Source of the DNA: the human T2T-CHM13v2.0 reference genome, Homo sapiens
Assembly (NCBI RefSeq): GCF_009914755.1
Contig: NC_060929.1
Direction: 5' to 3' (one strand)
Length of the DNA stretch: 64,000 bases
Shown: positions 17,477 to 36,660 of the stretch, piece by piece
Numbering within the stretch: the first letter of the stretch is position 1
How the letters are laid out: every line of letters starts with the position of its first letter
Program-made: the position numbers and the translations under genes
Notes under the pieces: generated by a model
The model's input: the letters and a program-made list of their open reading frames with translations, nothing else
What the model was told of the DNA's origin: nothing
Database searches by the model: none

Positions 17477-19584
17477 GCAGGAGAGAGCATGTGCAGGGGA
17501 ACATCCATTTATAAAACCATCAGACCTCATGAGACTTATTCACTACCATGAGAACAGCATGGGGGAAACTGCCTCCATGATTCAGTTATCTCCACCTGGC
17601 CCCACCCTTGACACATGGGAATTGTTACAATTCAAGATGAGATTTGGGTGGGGACAGAGCCAAACCATATAATTCTTCCCCGGCCCCTCCCAAATCTCAT
17701 GTCCTCATATTTCAAAAGCAATCGTGCCTTCCCCTAAGTCCCCCAAACTCTTATTTCAGCATTAACTCAAAATTCCATAGTCCAAAGTCTCATCTGAGAC
17801 AAGGCAAGTCCCTTCCACCTGTGAGCCTGTAAAACCAAAAGCAAGTTAGTTATTTTCTAGATACACAGGGATACAGGCATTGGGTAAATACACCCGTTTC
17901 AAACGGGAGAAATTGGCCAAAGCGAAAGAGCTACAGGCCCCATGCAAGTCCAAAACCCAGCAGGCAAATCTTAGAGCTCCAAAATGACCTCCTTTGACTC
18001 CATGTGTCACATCTAGGTGATGCAAGAAGTGGGTTCCCAGGGTCTTGGGCAGCCCCGCCCCTGTGGCTTTGCAGGGTACAGCCCCCCCTTCTGGCTGCAT
18101 TGAGTGTCTGCAGCTTTTCCAGGCACACAGTGCAAGCTGTCAGTGGATCTACCATTCTGGGGTCTGGAGGATGGTGGCCCTTTTGTGACAGCTCTGCTTG
18201 GCAGTACCCCAGTGGGGACTCTGTGTGGGGGCTCCAACCCCATATTTCCCTTTGACACTGCCCTAGCAGAGGTTATCCATGAGGGCCCCCCGCTGCCCCG
18301 CACAGCAAACTTTTGCCTGGATTTCCAGGCATTTTCATACATCTTCTGAAATCTAGGCGGAGGTTCATGAACGTTAATTCTTGACTTCGGTGCATCTGCA
18401 GGCTTAACACCACCTAGAACCTGAAAGGCTTGGAACTTGCACCCTCTGAAGCCATGGCCTGAGGTGTACCTTGGCCCCTTTTACCTATGGCAGGAGCAGC
18501 TGGGATGCAGGGCACCAGGTTCCTAGGCTGCACACAGCAGGGGGTTCTGGACTCACAAGAGCATTTTTCCTTCTAAGCCTCCTGGCCTGTGATGGGAGGG
18601 TCTGCTGTGAGGGTCTCTAACATGCCCTGGAGACATTTGCCCCATTGTCTTGGTGATTAACATTTGGCTCCTCATTACTTATGCAAATTTCTACAACCCA
18701 GTCTCCTGAGAAAATAGATTTTTCTTTTCTGTTGCATCATCAGGCTACAAATTTTCTGAACTTTTATGCTCTGCTTCTTCTCGAATGCTTTGCTGCTTAG
18801 AAATTTCTTCTGTCAGATACCTTAAATCATCTCTCTCAAGTTCAAAGTTCCACAGATCTCTAGGGAACTCTAGAAAAAAATTCTTATTTTCACTCTTTCC
18901 CGCCTATCTTATGCCCGTTTCTAACACAGGTGCACAGTGCCTGCAGTGTCTTTGCATAGTAAGAGTGACTTTACTCCATTTCCCAACAAATTCCTCATCT
19001 CCCTCTGAGACCACCTCCGCCTGGACCTTATTGTCCATATCACTATTAACATTTTGGTCAAAGCCATTCAACAAGTCTCTAGGAGGTTCCAAACTTTCCC
19101 ACATTTTCCTATCCTCTTCTGAGCCTTCCAAACTGTTCCAGCCTCTCCCTGTTACCCATTTCCAAAGTTGCTTCCACATGTTCGGGTATCTTTACAGCAG
19201 CACCCCACTCTACTGGTATCAACTTATTGTATTAGTCTGTTCTCACACTGCAAATAAAGACATACCTGAGACTGGGTAATTTATAAAGGAAAGAGGTTGA
19301 ATTGACTCACAGTTCTGCATGGCTGGGGAGGCCTCACAATCATGGTGGAAGGCAAGGAGGTGCAAAAGCATGTCTCACATAGTGGCAGGCAGGAGAGAGC
19401 ATGTGCAGGGGAGCTCCCATTTATAAAACCATCAGATCTCATGAGACTTAGTCACTACCACGAGAACAGTATGGGGGGAACCATCCCCATGATTCAGTTA
19501 TCTGCACCTGGCCCCACCCTTGACACGTGGGAATTATTACAATGCAAGGTGAGATTTAGGTGGGGACCCATCCAAACTATGTCA
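17477..19584 (-). mobile_element. THE1-type MaLR LTR retroelement: 5' LTR 19228-19584, internal region about 17672-19227, truncated 3' LTR about 17477-17671
   Basis: Reverse-complement LTR with termini TGTATTAGTC...CCAAACTATGTCA; the internal-region start (CAGCACCCCACTCTACTGGTA) abuts it; a second LTR copy shares GGAGAGAGCATGTGCAGGGG...TTTATAAAACCATCAGA. Subfamily not determined. Confidence 0.88.
17508..17588 (-). promoter_or_regulatory. Candidate LTR promoter: DUX4-type motif TAACTGAATCA (17578-17588) and TATAAA (17508-17513), pointing toward the POM121-like ORF
   Basis: The + strand TGATTCAGTTA fits the reverse complement of TAAYBBAATCA; the same pair is present in the 5' LTR (19490-19500 and 19420-19425). 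Activity is inferred. Confidence 0.45.
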
Positions 19585-19854
19585 GTATGTTTTGACTTCT
19601 GGCTTGATTGCTAGGTTGCATGGAGGACAAACATGGAAATTAATGAAGTACCTTAATATCTGGCTTCAGATCTTAGACAGGATCAGAGGGCCAGCTCAAA
19701 TTTGCAAGGAGGGGAGGTAGATCCCACCATTTTATGGGTGAATGGCAAAATCAAGCAGAAATTATGTGGGACGGGAGATACTGATGCAGGCATCTTTGGA
19801 AACATTCTACTTAGCTAATTTTATGCTAGGCTTTAGGTCAAGAAGGAGAGAGAG

Positions 19855-20043
19855 AGCTGACATGCTGTGGTACACACTTATAGTCCCAGCGACTTGGAAA
19901 GCTGAGGCAGGAGGATTGCTTGATCCCAGGAGTTTGAGGTAGTGTGCGATGATCGTTCTTGTGAATAGCCACTAGCCACTGAACTCCAGCTTGGGCAACA
20001 TTGAGACACCCTGTCTCTTAATTTAAAAAAAAAAAAAAAAAAA
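19855..20043 (+). mobile_element. Alu right monomer (FRAM-like) with polyA
   Basis: Diverged right-arm consensus; polyA length varies between copies. Confidence 0.75.
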
Positions 20044-21179
20044 GGAGGAAAGAAAGTGGTCTCAGTTTTTAATGTAAATATTTTTAATGGGATAATGATA
20101 TTTTAAGATTAATGTATATTGTATATCAGTTAACTATAGGTCAATAATTATATAAAACTTAAGGTACGAAAAACATTTATTTTTGCTAACGTATCCGTGA
20201 GTTGACTGTTCTTGGCTTGGTGAGGCTGCAAGCTGCAGATAGAGTCTAGGTATGATTTCTGTGTGTTTGTTCCCCCTTGGATCAGTGGACTACCTGAGAA
20301 TGTGTTTTTGTCACAGTGATAGAATCACAAGGAAACTCCAGTTCTGGAAGTACATTTTAAGCCATTGCTTCTATCATGTCCACTAACATTCAGTCAGCCA
20401 AAGCACATACCTTGTCCATGGCTAACATTGATAGTATAGATAAATATACCTGATCTCTAGCAGGAGGAACTGCATTGTCTTGGGGAAAGGTTTTAGATAT
20501 AGGGAGGGGTGATGAGTTGGGAACAATAATGTAGTCTGCCACAAACATATTAAAGTGTAACTGGATATGGTTGCTGCAGAATTTTGAACCTTTGTTTTAA
20601 TTGTGATTTTTACTCTTTTCCCCCTATCTAGTGCCCTTTCGTAATACAGTAATTCTCATGATTTTTGTCTGAATTGAAATCTTCTGAGATTAGATTGTCT
20701 ACGAAAATACAGTCGATCCTCCTTGTTTTCAGCTTTTGTATTTGTGAACTCACCTACTATTTTTTGTAACCCCCAAATCAGTACTCACAGCACTTTCATA
20801 GTCATGTGTTTGCGCAGAGTGTCAAAGAATTTGAGTTTGAACAGGATGATATTCTGCCTTCTTTTTCAGCTCTCATACAATAGTCAGGTATCCTTTTTGT
20901 GGTCTATTTAATGCCATGCTTTTCCTGTTTTTGTACTGTTTGTTGGTTGTTTTGCCATTTAAATTAACCCCCAAGCATAGTGCTGAAGTGCTGCTTAGCA
21001 TTCACAAGTCCAAGAAGTCTGTGATGTGTCTTACAGAGGAAATACATGCATTGAATAAACTCCATTCAGGCGTGAGTGCTGTAGTGCCATTGGCTGTGAG
21101 TTCAGTGTTAATGAATGAACAATGTGTATTATTTATTTATTCTTCATTTAATTAATTATTATTATTTTTTTTGAGATAG

Positions 21180-21530
<351 letters not shown>

Positions 21531-21835
21531 TAAGCTTACAAAAATGTGACCAGTAGCTTGCTGAAACCTAACTTTTTATTTGTTCATGGAACTTTCTAGA
21601 CCGTAACTACACTGAATAATGAGAATCTGCTGTAATATTTTTAGGTGCTGTAGATGAGCCATTGGATTAAATTATTACAGTATGTTTCAGACTGCTCTAT
21701 GTTGAACCCTAGTGAAATGCCTCTCAAACCCTCCTAAGGATCACAATCTCATGTCCTTTTTTTTGTTATTAAATGCCCAGTATGTGTTAGCGATTTAAAC
21801 AAAATTCAAATATTTTTTTTTTTTTTTTTTTTTGA

Positions 21836-22126
<291 letters not shown>

Positions 22127-22956
22127 TAATAATAACCATTCTGACTGGTGTGAGATGGTATGCCATTGTGGTTTTGATTTGCATTTCTCTAATGATCAGT
22201 GATATTGGGCTTTTTTTCATATGCTTGTTGGCCGCATGTGTGTCTTCTTTTGAAGTGTCTGTTTATGTCCTTTGCCCACTTTCTAATGAGATTTTTTTTT
22301 TCTTGTAAATTTGTTTAAGTTCCTTATCAGTGTTGGACATTAGATCTTTGTCACATGCATTGTTGCAACAATTTTCTCCTATTCTGTAGGTTGTCTGTTC
22401 ACTCTGTTGATAGTTTCTTCTGCTGTGCAGAAGCTTCAAGAAGAAAGGAATCCGATTGGTTCTGTGTCTGTCTCTTTTGGTATTCTCAGACTTATGTAGT
22501 CATCCATATAGAAAGGTGATTAGGAAAATAGGACAAGAATAGCAGAAATCTACATAAAAATGTAGGAAATTAAAATTAGTTACCAGCATACAAAAAACTA
22601 CTATATGTTATAATTACATACTATAACTCACCCCTCCTTGCCAAATATTCTCTCTCTTTTGACTTCAAAATCATGGCTTATATGTACTTTCTCTATTTCC
22701 CAGATGCAAATATAATTAATTGACTTTATTTATCTAGGAAATATTACTGATATCTTAATTGTAGTCATTGGCTTGAGTGACGGGTTTTGGTAATTCAACT
22801 ACTATTACTTGAAAGTAGTAGATTTCATAAGATACTGTTATAAAATCTTTTTAACCTCTTTTCTGATTTCAGGAGTAATTAGTAATTGTGGTTTACTGGA
22901 AAATTCAATGAATAGCGTGTTAAAGGAAGCAATTCGTTAATAATATATCTAATCTA

Positions 22957-23223
<267 letters not shown>

Positions 23224-23676
23224 TTAAATTAAAAAAAAGCGGGCCGGGCGCATTGGTTCAGGGCCGGGCACGGTGGCTCAAGCCTGTAATCCCAGCACTT
23301 TGGGAGGCCGAGGCAGGCGGATCACGAGGTCAGGAGATCAAGACCATCCTGGCTAATGTGGTGAAACCCGGTCTCTACTAACAATACAAAAATTAGCTGG
23401 ATGTGGTGGCAGGTGCCTGTAATCCCAGCTATTCCAGAGGCTGAGGCAGGAGAATCACTTGAACCTGGGAGGCAGAGGTTTCAGTGAGTCCAGATCATGC
23501 CACTGCACTCCAGCCTGGGTGACAGAGCGAGATTCTATCTCAAAAAAAAAAAAAAAAAAAAAAAAAAGCAACAGAAGCAAATGAGAGTGCCTGGGAGTGG
23601 TCATTGTGGGGCATTCCTGTTTGTGTGACCCAGGTCATGTCCCTCCCTAAGCCCTGGTCTCTCTTGCCTCCTGCAG

Positions 23677-29559
<5,883 letters not shown>

Positions 29560-30179
29560 GTAAGCGGTGTTGAACTTTCTGCTTGTGTATTCTCTCTGGG
29601 CAGAGATGCCAACTTGCCTCTCCCACCATGCCATCTCTGAAGAATATTACAGACCATTTTGGAGCATGGTGAATAAGAAATTTTTACCTTAGGAGTTCAC
29701 TTGAATAGTCATTTTTATATTTGTGACTGCAAGTCACTTTTAGGGGCTGTACTTCCTTAGTACTGGTAGCATTATTATCCAATGGACTTTTATAGCTTTC
29801 ATTAGGTTTTCTTTTGTTTTTGTTCTTTAAAGAACATTTTACTTAACTTAGTATTTCATTTTTCGTCTATATTATGAGGCAGTAAGAGTCTTCTGTTTTT
29901 CCAAAGTTGAGACTGCTTTATATTTATTTCATATTGTCTACAGCTGTAGTGTTCAATACATTAGCCACTAGCCACATGTGGTTATTTAAATAAGATAAAA
30001 TAAAAATTGGCCGGGCGTGGTGGCTCACGCCTGTAATCCCAGCACTTTGGGAGGCCGAGGCGGGCAGATCATTAGGTCAGGAGATCGAGACCATCCTTAC
30101 TAAGACGGTGAACCCCCATCTCTATTAAAAATACAAAAAATTAGCCGGGCGTGGTGGCGGGCGCCTGCAGTCCCAGCTA

Positions 30180-30783
<604 letters not shown>

Positions 30784-33165
30784 TCAGTATCCTCACATGG
30801 TAGGGAGAAAAGCAGCTCTAGTGTCTCTTCTTATAAAGGAAGTAATGCCACCATAGGGGCTCTATTCTCATGACCTCATCTAAACGTAATTCTCTCCTAA
30901 AGGCCACGCCTCCCAGTATCCTCACCTTGGGGGTTAGGGCTTTATCATATGAATTTTTTTTTTTTTTTTTTTTGAGACAGAGTCTCGCTCTGTCTGTCAC
31001 CCAGGCTGGAGTGCAGTGGCACAATCTCGGCTCTCTACAAGCTCCGCCTCCTGGGTTCACGCCATTCTCCTGCGTCAGCCTCCTCAGTAGCTGGGACTAA
31101 GGCGCCCGCCACTGCGCCCGGCTAATTTTTTTGTATTTTTAGTAGAGACGGGGTTTTACCATGTTAGCCAGGATGATCTCGATCTCCTGACCTCGTGATC
31201 CACCCACCTCGGCCTCCCAAAGTGCTGGGATTACAGGCATGAGCCACCGCGCCTGGCCTATCATATGAATTTTGAGGGAACACAATCATGCAGTCTGTAG
31301 CAGATGGTAATAGGCTGATATATTACACTTGTTGATGTAAATCTGATAGGTTTCTTTCTCTCCAAGGACAGCTTTTTAAATATTTAACAGTATCAATAAT
31401 TTTTCAGTTTCTGTGAGAATTTTATAATTTATAATTTGCAGACTTAATGTATAATCTATTTTGTCCTAACAATTACAAATATATTTTTTATTTCAGATTA
31501 TATATATTCCTACCAGATGGAGATAATTACAGCTTTAAAAATTTTTATTTTTTCATTTTATTTCACATATTGACATTAAATTTTTATTGACACATAATAA
31601 TTGTACATATATATGGGGTACAATGTGATGTTTTAATACATGTACTCAATGTGTAATGATCAAATCAGGGTAATTTGCATAATGATTTTTCTGTAGGGAG
31701 AAAATTCAAAATCTACTCTTCTGGCTATTTTCAAATATATAATATGTTATTGTTAACTATACTCATCCTACTATGCAATAGGACACCAGAACTTATTCCT
31801 GGGTTCTACATCTGTTAAGCCAACCAAAGATTGGAAATATTGGGAAAAAAAATTGCGTCTGTACTGAACATGTACAGACTTTTTTCTTGTCCTTATTCCT
31901 TACACAATATAGTACAATAACTATTTGCATGACATTTACATCGGATATTATGAGTGATCTAGAGTTGATATGAAGTATATGGGAGGATGTGCAAAGGTGA
32001 TGTGCAAATACTATGTCATTTTATATCAGGGACTTGAGTATCCTTTGTTATCCTCAGGAGATCCTGAAACTAGTCCTCCATGGATACTGAGGGCTGACTG
32101 TCTAGTCCTATCCTCACGGAACTTTCATTGTAATGAGGGAAGACTGACTATAAACAAAATATATGTAATAGGTGGTGGTAAGTACCGTGGAGAAGTAACA
32201 AATGGGGCAAAGTGAGTTATACAGCTCCATCCTTAGAAACCTTGGAGTACTTTTCTTAGTTTATACTCGTGGTGGTTTCCTTTTGTCTCCTTTATTACAT
32301 GGGACTCTGACATGTGCCCATAGCTAGGGTGGCAGTAGGATCTACCCGAAAAGCGTCCTGCTGATACAGGACCAAAGCATCCTGTTGTTCTCGAGCCTAT
32401 AAAAAGAGCTAATGGTCTTGCTTCTCTTAACTGTGGCCTCCTACACTGTGTTTTGGATGATTGGTGATGTCTTGGATATTCTGTTTCTTTGGAACTTTGA
32501 ATATACAACACTTTACTAGGGAATTAGCAATGGAAGCAGAGCAAAGATGTACAGAGGAAACAATGCATAACTCTGATGGAATTGAAGTCATGAGGCAGCA
32601 GAGAGCTTAAATTAGAGCTTTAAAAATTTTTATTTTTTAGAGGGAATTTAATTGGGAGTAACAGCAGTAATAGTTAACGGAGCCAGAATGCTTGAGTCAT
32701 ATAATTGCAAAGCAGAGTTGGGAGCAACAGATGCTAAAGAGTAGTTGCTGTAGTTCCTCTTTGGGTCGTAGGAGCAGTTGTCATGTTACTATATAGCTAC
32801 TGAATGAAGAAGAGTTCTTAGTGAGGCCTGGGTGAACAGCTCTTCTTAGTATTCTGTGTGACCCCATTTGACCTTTTAACAAATCCCTAAGAAAATAAAT
32901 AGCCCCTAAGGTAAACTAAGTTTTTCTCTGCTATTTTTTTGCTTGAGAGAGCTATAACTGTAGTAGACTTATATTTCTGAACATTTTAGTGCTTGCCAAT
33001 ATTTGGTAATATTTATGTTTCCTATATTTGTAATGAACATTCTTCTTCCGGTACATTTTTTGTTAAATTATTGTTTCATGCATAAAAGTTCACCTTTTAT
33101 TGTATAAAATTGACTCAGATTAATTTATACACATTGACAATGGGTAAATAGAGCTTTTCAGATTA

Positions 33166-36100
33166 TTAAAAGCTGAAGGATGCCCATGTAAGCAAAAACA
33201 AAAAAGAAAAAACCAACAAAAATAAACCCAAACCCCTCAAACAATTTCGAACACAAAACATTCTTCTCACGCCGGCATCCCTGCTTGCAGGTGTGAGGGG
33301 GGCAGGAATCAGCGAGGTGTCCTGGGCTGAGTCCCCGGAGTGGGAAGAGGTGGCAGGAAGGGGATCTGAGGAGGAGAACAGGGGTCCTGGTGGTCTGTGC
33401 TTCTTCCCAGACACGGGAGCTGTAGAGGAGACCTCTGCAGCAGATGCTAGGGGGGCCACTAGGCCTAGGCAGTCTTGGGACTTGGGTCTGTCCTGCTGTG
33501 CATCCATAGTGGGTGCTTTAGAAAGGGGAGGCCCACGCGAAGCCCCCGTTGCAAGTGAGGACAAAGTGTGGGAAGGCCGTGAGGGTCTGCAGTCCGAGAT
33601 GGCCTTGCCCTCAACGTGCAGTGCACTGTTGATGTGGGGCCTAGAGGCCTGGGATCTGGGGGAGCCACCCCTGGGGGCGAGTGTCTGCCCTGGTGCTGTA
33701 TCTGCCTTTTGACAGCGGGTGTGACCCGAAGAGACAGCCTGAGGTCCGTCCTCACTCACTGTGTTTGAGGAACTGAGGGCCAGCTGGCAGTGGCATGAGG
33801 CTGGCCCCCTCCTCCGCTTTAGTTCCGGGAGGCCTTCCGTAGAACTGTGGGAGCTGGAGCTGGCATTTCCTTGGAGGCAGGATCTGGTCCGGGAGGTCTG
33901 GGATCTCTGGTTATATCTCACTTCTGACCTCTGGGCACGTGCTGCAGCTGTGGCTGAGGCCAAGAAATGTGAGGGGCCTCCATTCACTGCATTGAGTAGT
34001 GACCCCGACGTGGGGTTCAATGTGGAGGGGGGAGGGGCTGCTGCTGCAGCTGCAGGAGCGGAGGTGCCAGGCCTTGTTCTTCTCATGCTGGCATCCCTGC
34101 TTGCAGCTGTGAAGGGGGCAGGAATCAGCGAGGTGACCTGGGCTGAGTCCCGGGAGTGGGAAGAGGTGGCAGGAAGGGGATCTGAGGAGGAGAACAGGGG
34201 TCCTGGTGGTCTGTGCTTCTTCCCAGACACGGGAGCTGTAGAGGAGACCTCTGCAGCAGATGCTAGGGGGGCCACTAGGCCCAGGCAGTCTTGGGACTTG
34301 GGTCTGTCCTGCTGTGCATCCATAGTGGGTGCTTTAGAAACGGGAGGCCCACCCGAAGCCCCCGTTGCAAGTGAGGACAAAGTGTGGGAAGGCCGTGAGG
34401 GTCTGCAGTCCGAGATGGCCTTGTCCTCAACGTGCAGTGCACTGTTGATGTGGGGCCTAGAGGCCTGGGATCTGGGGGAGCCACCCCTGGGGGCGAGTGT
34501 CTGCCCTGGTGCTGTATCTGCCTTCTTTTCACAGCGGTGACCCGTAGAGACAGCCTGAGCTCCGTCCTCACTCACTGTCTTTGAGGAACTGTGGGCCAGC
34601 TGGCAGTGGGATGAGGCTGGCCCCCTCCTCCGCTTTAGTTCCGGGAGGCCTTCCGTAGAGCTGTGGGAGCTGGAGCTGGCATTTCGTTTGAGGCAGGATC
34701 TGGTCCGGGAGGTCTGGGATCTCTGGTTATATCTCACTTCTGACCTCTGGGCACGTGCTGCAGCTGTGGCTGAGGCCAAGAAATGTGAGGGGCCTCCATC
34801 CACTGCATTGAGTAGTGACCCCGACGTGGGGTTCAATGTGGAGGGGGGAGGGGCTGCTGCGGCAGCTGCAGGAGCCGACCTTGTTCTTCTCATGCCGGCA
34901 TCCCTGCTTGCAGCTGTGAAGGGGGCAGGAATCATCGAGGTGACCTGGGCTGAGTCCCGGGAGTGGGAAGAGGTGGCAGGAAGGGTATCTGAGGAGGAGA
35001 ACAGGGGTCCTGGTGGTCTGTGCTTCTTCCCAGACACGGGAGCTGTAGAGGGGACCTCTGCAGCAGATGCTAGGGGGGCCACTAGGCCCAGGCAGTCTTG
35101 GGACTTGGGTCTGTCCTGCTGTGCATCCATAGTGGGTGCTTTAGAAACGGGAGGCCCACGCGAAGCCCCTGTTGCAAGTGAGGACAAAGTGTGGGAAGGC
35201 CGTGAGGGTCTGCAGTCCGAGATGGCCTTGTCCTCAACGTGCAGTGCACTGTTGATGTGGGGCCTAGAGGCCTGGGATCTGGGGGAGCCACCCCTGGGGG
35301 CGAGTGTCTGCCCTGGTGCTGTGTCTGCCTTCTTTTCACAGCGGTGACCCGTAGAGACAGCCTGAGCTCCGTCCTCACTCACTGTCTTTGAGGAACTGTG
35401 GGCCAGCTGGCAGTGGGATGAGGCTGGCCCCCTCCTCCGCTTTAGTTCCGGGAGGCCTTCCGTAGAGCTGTGGGAGCTGGAGCTGGCATTTCGTTTGAGG
35501 CAGGATCTGGTCCGGGTGGTCTGGGATCTCTGGTTATATCTCACTTCTGACCTCTGGGCACGTGCTGCAGCTGTGGCTGAGGCCAAGAAATGTGAGGGGC
35601 CTCCATCCACTGCATTGAGTAGTGACCCCGACGTGGGGTTCAATGTGGAGGGGGGAGGGGCTGCTGCGGCAGCTGCAGGGGCCGACCTTGTTCTTCTCAT
35701 GCCGGCATCCCTGCTTGCAGCTGTGAAGGGGGCAGGAATCATCGAGGTGACCTGGGCTGAGTCCCGGGAGTGGGAAGAGGTGGCAGGAAGGGTATCTGAG
35801 GAGGAGAACAGGGGTCCTGGTGGTCTCTGCTTCTTCCCAGACACGGGAGCTGTAGAGGAGACCTCTGCAGCAGATGCTAGGGGGGCCACTAGGCCCAGGC
35901 AGTCTTGGGACTTGGGTCTGTCCTGCTGTGCATCCATAGTGGGTGCTTTAGAAAGGGGAGGCCCACCCGAAGCCCCTGTTGCAAGTGAGGACAAAGTGTG
36001 GGAAGGCCGTGAGGGTCTGCAGTCCGAGATGGCCTTGTCCTCAACGTGCAGTGCACTGTTGATGCGCTGGAATGCTGCCTGTTTTTCCAGGTGCAGGTCT

Positions 36101-36660
36101 TCCGCCGTGACCCGGTACCCCAGCTCTAAGGGAGGTGGCAGCATCAAAGGCTCCCCTCGCCTGCTTGGCAGCAGGGGAATCTTGCGTCTACGGGGCCTAG
36201 AGGCCTGGGATCTGGGGGAGCCACCCCTTGGGGCGAGTGTCTGCCCTGGTGCTGTATCTGCCGCCTTTTCACACCGTGTGTGACCCGAAGAGACAGCCTG
36301 AGGCCTGTCCTCACTCACTGTCTTTGAGTAACTGAGGGTCAGCTGGCAGCGGGATGAGGCTGGTCCCCTCCTCTGCTTTAGCCCCGGCAAGCCTCCCGTG
36401 GAGCTGTAGGAGCTGGAGATGGCATTTCGTTTTGTGCTCGAGCTCGTCCAGGATGTCTGGGATGTCTGGTTATATCTGATTTCTGAGCTCTGGGCATCGA
36501 GGTCTGTCTGCAGAGGCCCGGGCCTGGGCACAAAGGGAGAGAGGCCTCCATTGTCCCGCAGGGGCCAAAATGCAGACCGTGCATCCCCGGTGACCTCGGG
36601 GACCGTTCTCTGATCAGCAGGATTTTCTTGGACTCTGGGGTCCTTGTCCTGCTCAGGCAT
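33166..36660 (-). CDS. POM121L1: Putative POM121-like protein 1-like, copy 2 (frame open to 36984)
   Basis: Same as copy 1 except E>Q (PGQTL) and R>P (KIPLL). Confidence 0.72.
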   Translation of the reverse strand: MPEQDKDPRVQENPADQRTVPEVTGDARSAFWPLRDNGGLSPFVPRPGPLQTDLDAQSSEIRYNQTSQTSWTSSSTKRNAISSSYSSTGGLPGLKQRRGPASSRCQLTLSYSKTVSEDRPQAVSSGHTRCEKAADTAPGQTLAPRGGSPRSQASRPRRRKIPLLPSRRGEPLMLPPPLELGYRVTAEDLHLEKQAAFQRINSALHVEDKAISDCRPSRPSHTLSSLATGASGGPPLSKAPTMDAQQDRPKSQDCLGLVAPLASAAEVSSTAPVSGKKQRPPGPLFSSSDTLPATSSHSRDSAQVTSMIPAPFTAASRDAGMRRTRSAPAAAAAAPPPSTLNPTSGSLLNAVDGGPSHFLASATAAARAQRSEVRYNQRSQTTRTRSCLKRNASSSSHSSTEGLPELKRRRGPASSHCQLAHSSSKTVSEDGAQAVSTGHRCEKKADTAPGQTLAPRGGSPRSQASRPHINSALHVEDKAISDCRPSRPSHTLSSLATGASRGPPVSKAPTMDAQQDRPKSQDCLGLVAPLASAAEVPSTAPVSGKKHRPPGPLFSSSDTLPATSSHSRDSAQVTSMIPAPFTAASRDAGMRRTRSAPAAAAAAPPPSTLNPTSGSLLNAVDGGPSHFLASATAAARAQRSEVRYNQRSQTSRTRSCLKRNASSSSHSSTEGLPELKRRRGPASSHCQLAHSSSKTVSEDGAQAVSTGHRCEKKADTAPGQTLAPRGGSPRSQASRPHINSALHVEDKAISDCRPSRPSHTLSSLATGASGGPPVSKAPTMDAQQDRPKSQDCLGLVAPLASAAEVSSTAPVSGKKHRPPGPLFSSSDPLPATSSHSRDSAQVTSLIPAPFTAASRDASMRRTRPGTSAPAAAAAAPPPSTLNPTSGSLLNAVNGGPSHFLASATAAARAQRSEVRYNQRSQTSRTRSCLQGNASSSSHSSTEGLPELKRRRGPASCHCQLALSSSNTVSEDGPQAVSSGHTRCQKADTAPGQTLAPRGGSPRSQASRPHINSALHVEGKAISDCRPSRPSHTLSSLATGASRGPPLSKAPTMDAQQDRPKSQDCLGLVAPLASAAEVSSTAPVSGKKHRPPGPLFSSSDPLPATSSHSGDSAQDTSLIPAPLTPASRDAGVRRMFCVRNCLRGLGLFLLVFSFLFLLTWASFSF

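Noticed and set aside
17846-19279. ORFs in the THE1 internal region
   Set aside because: Fragments of decayed MaLR internal sequence; no intact gag or pol
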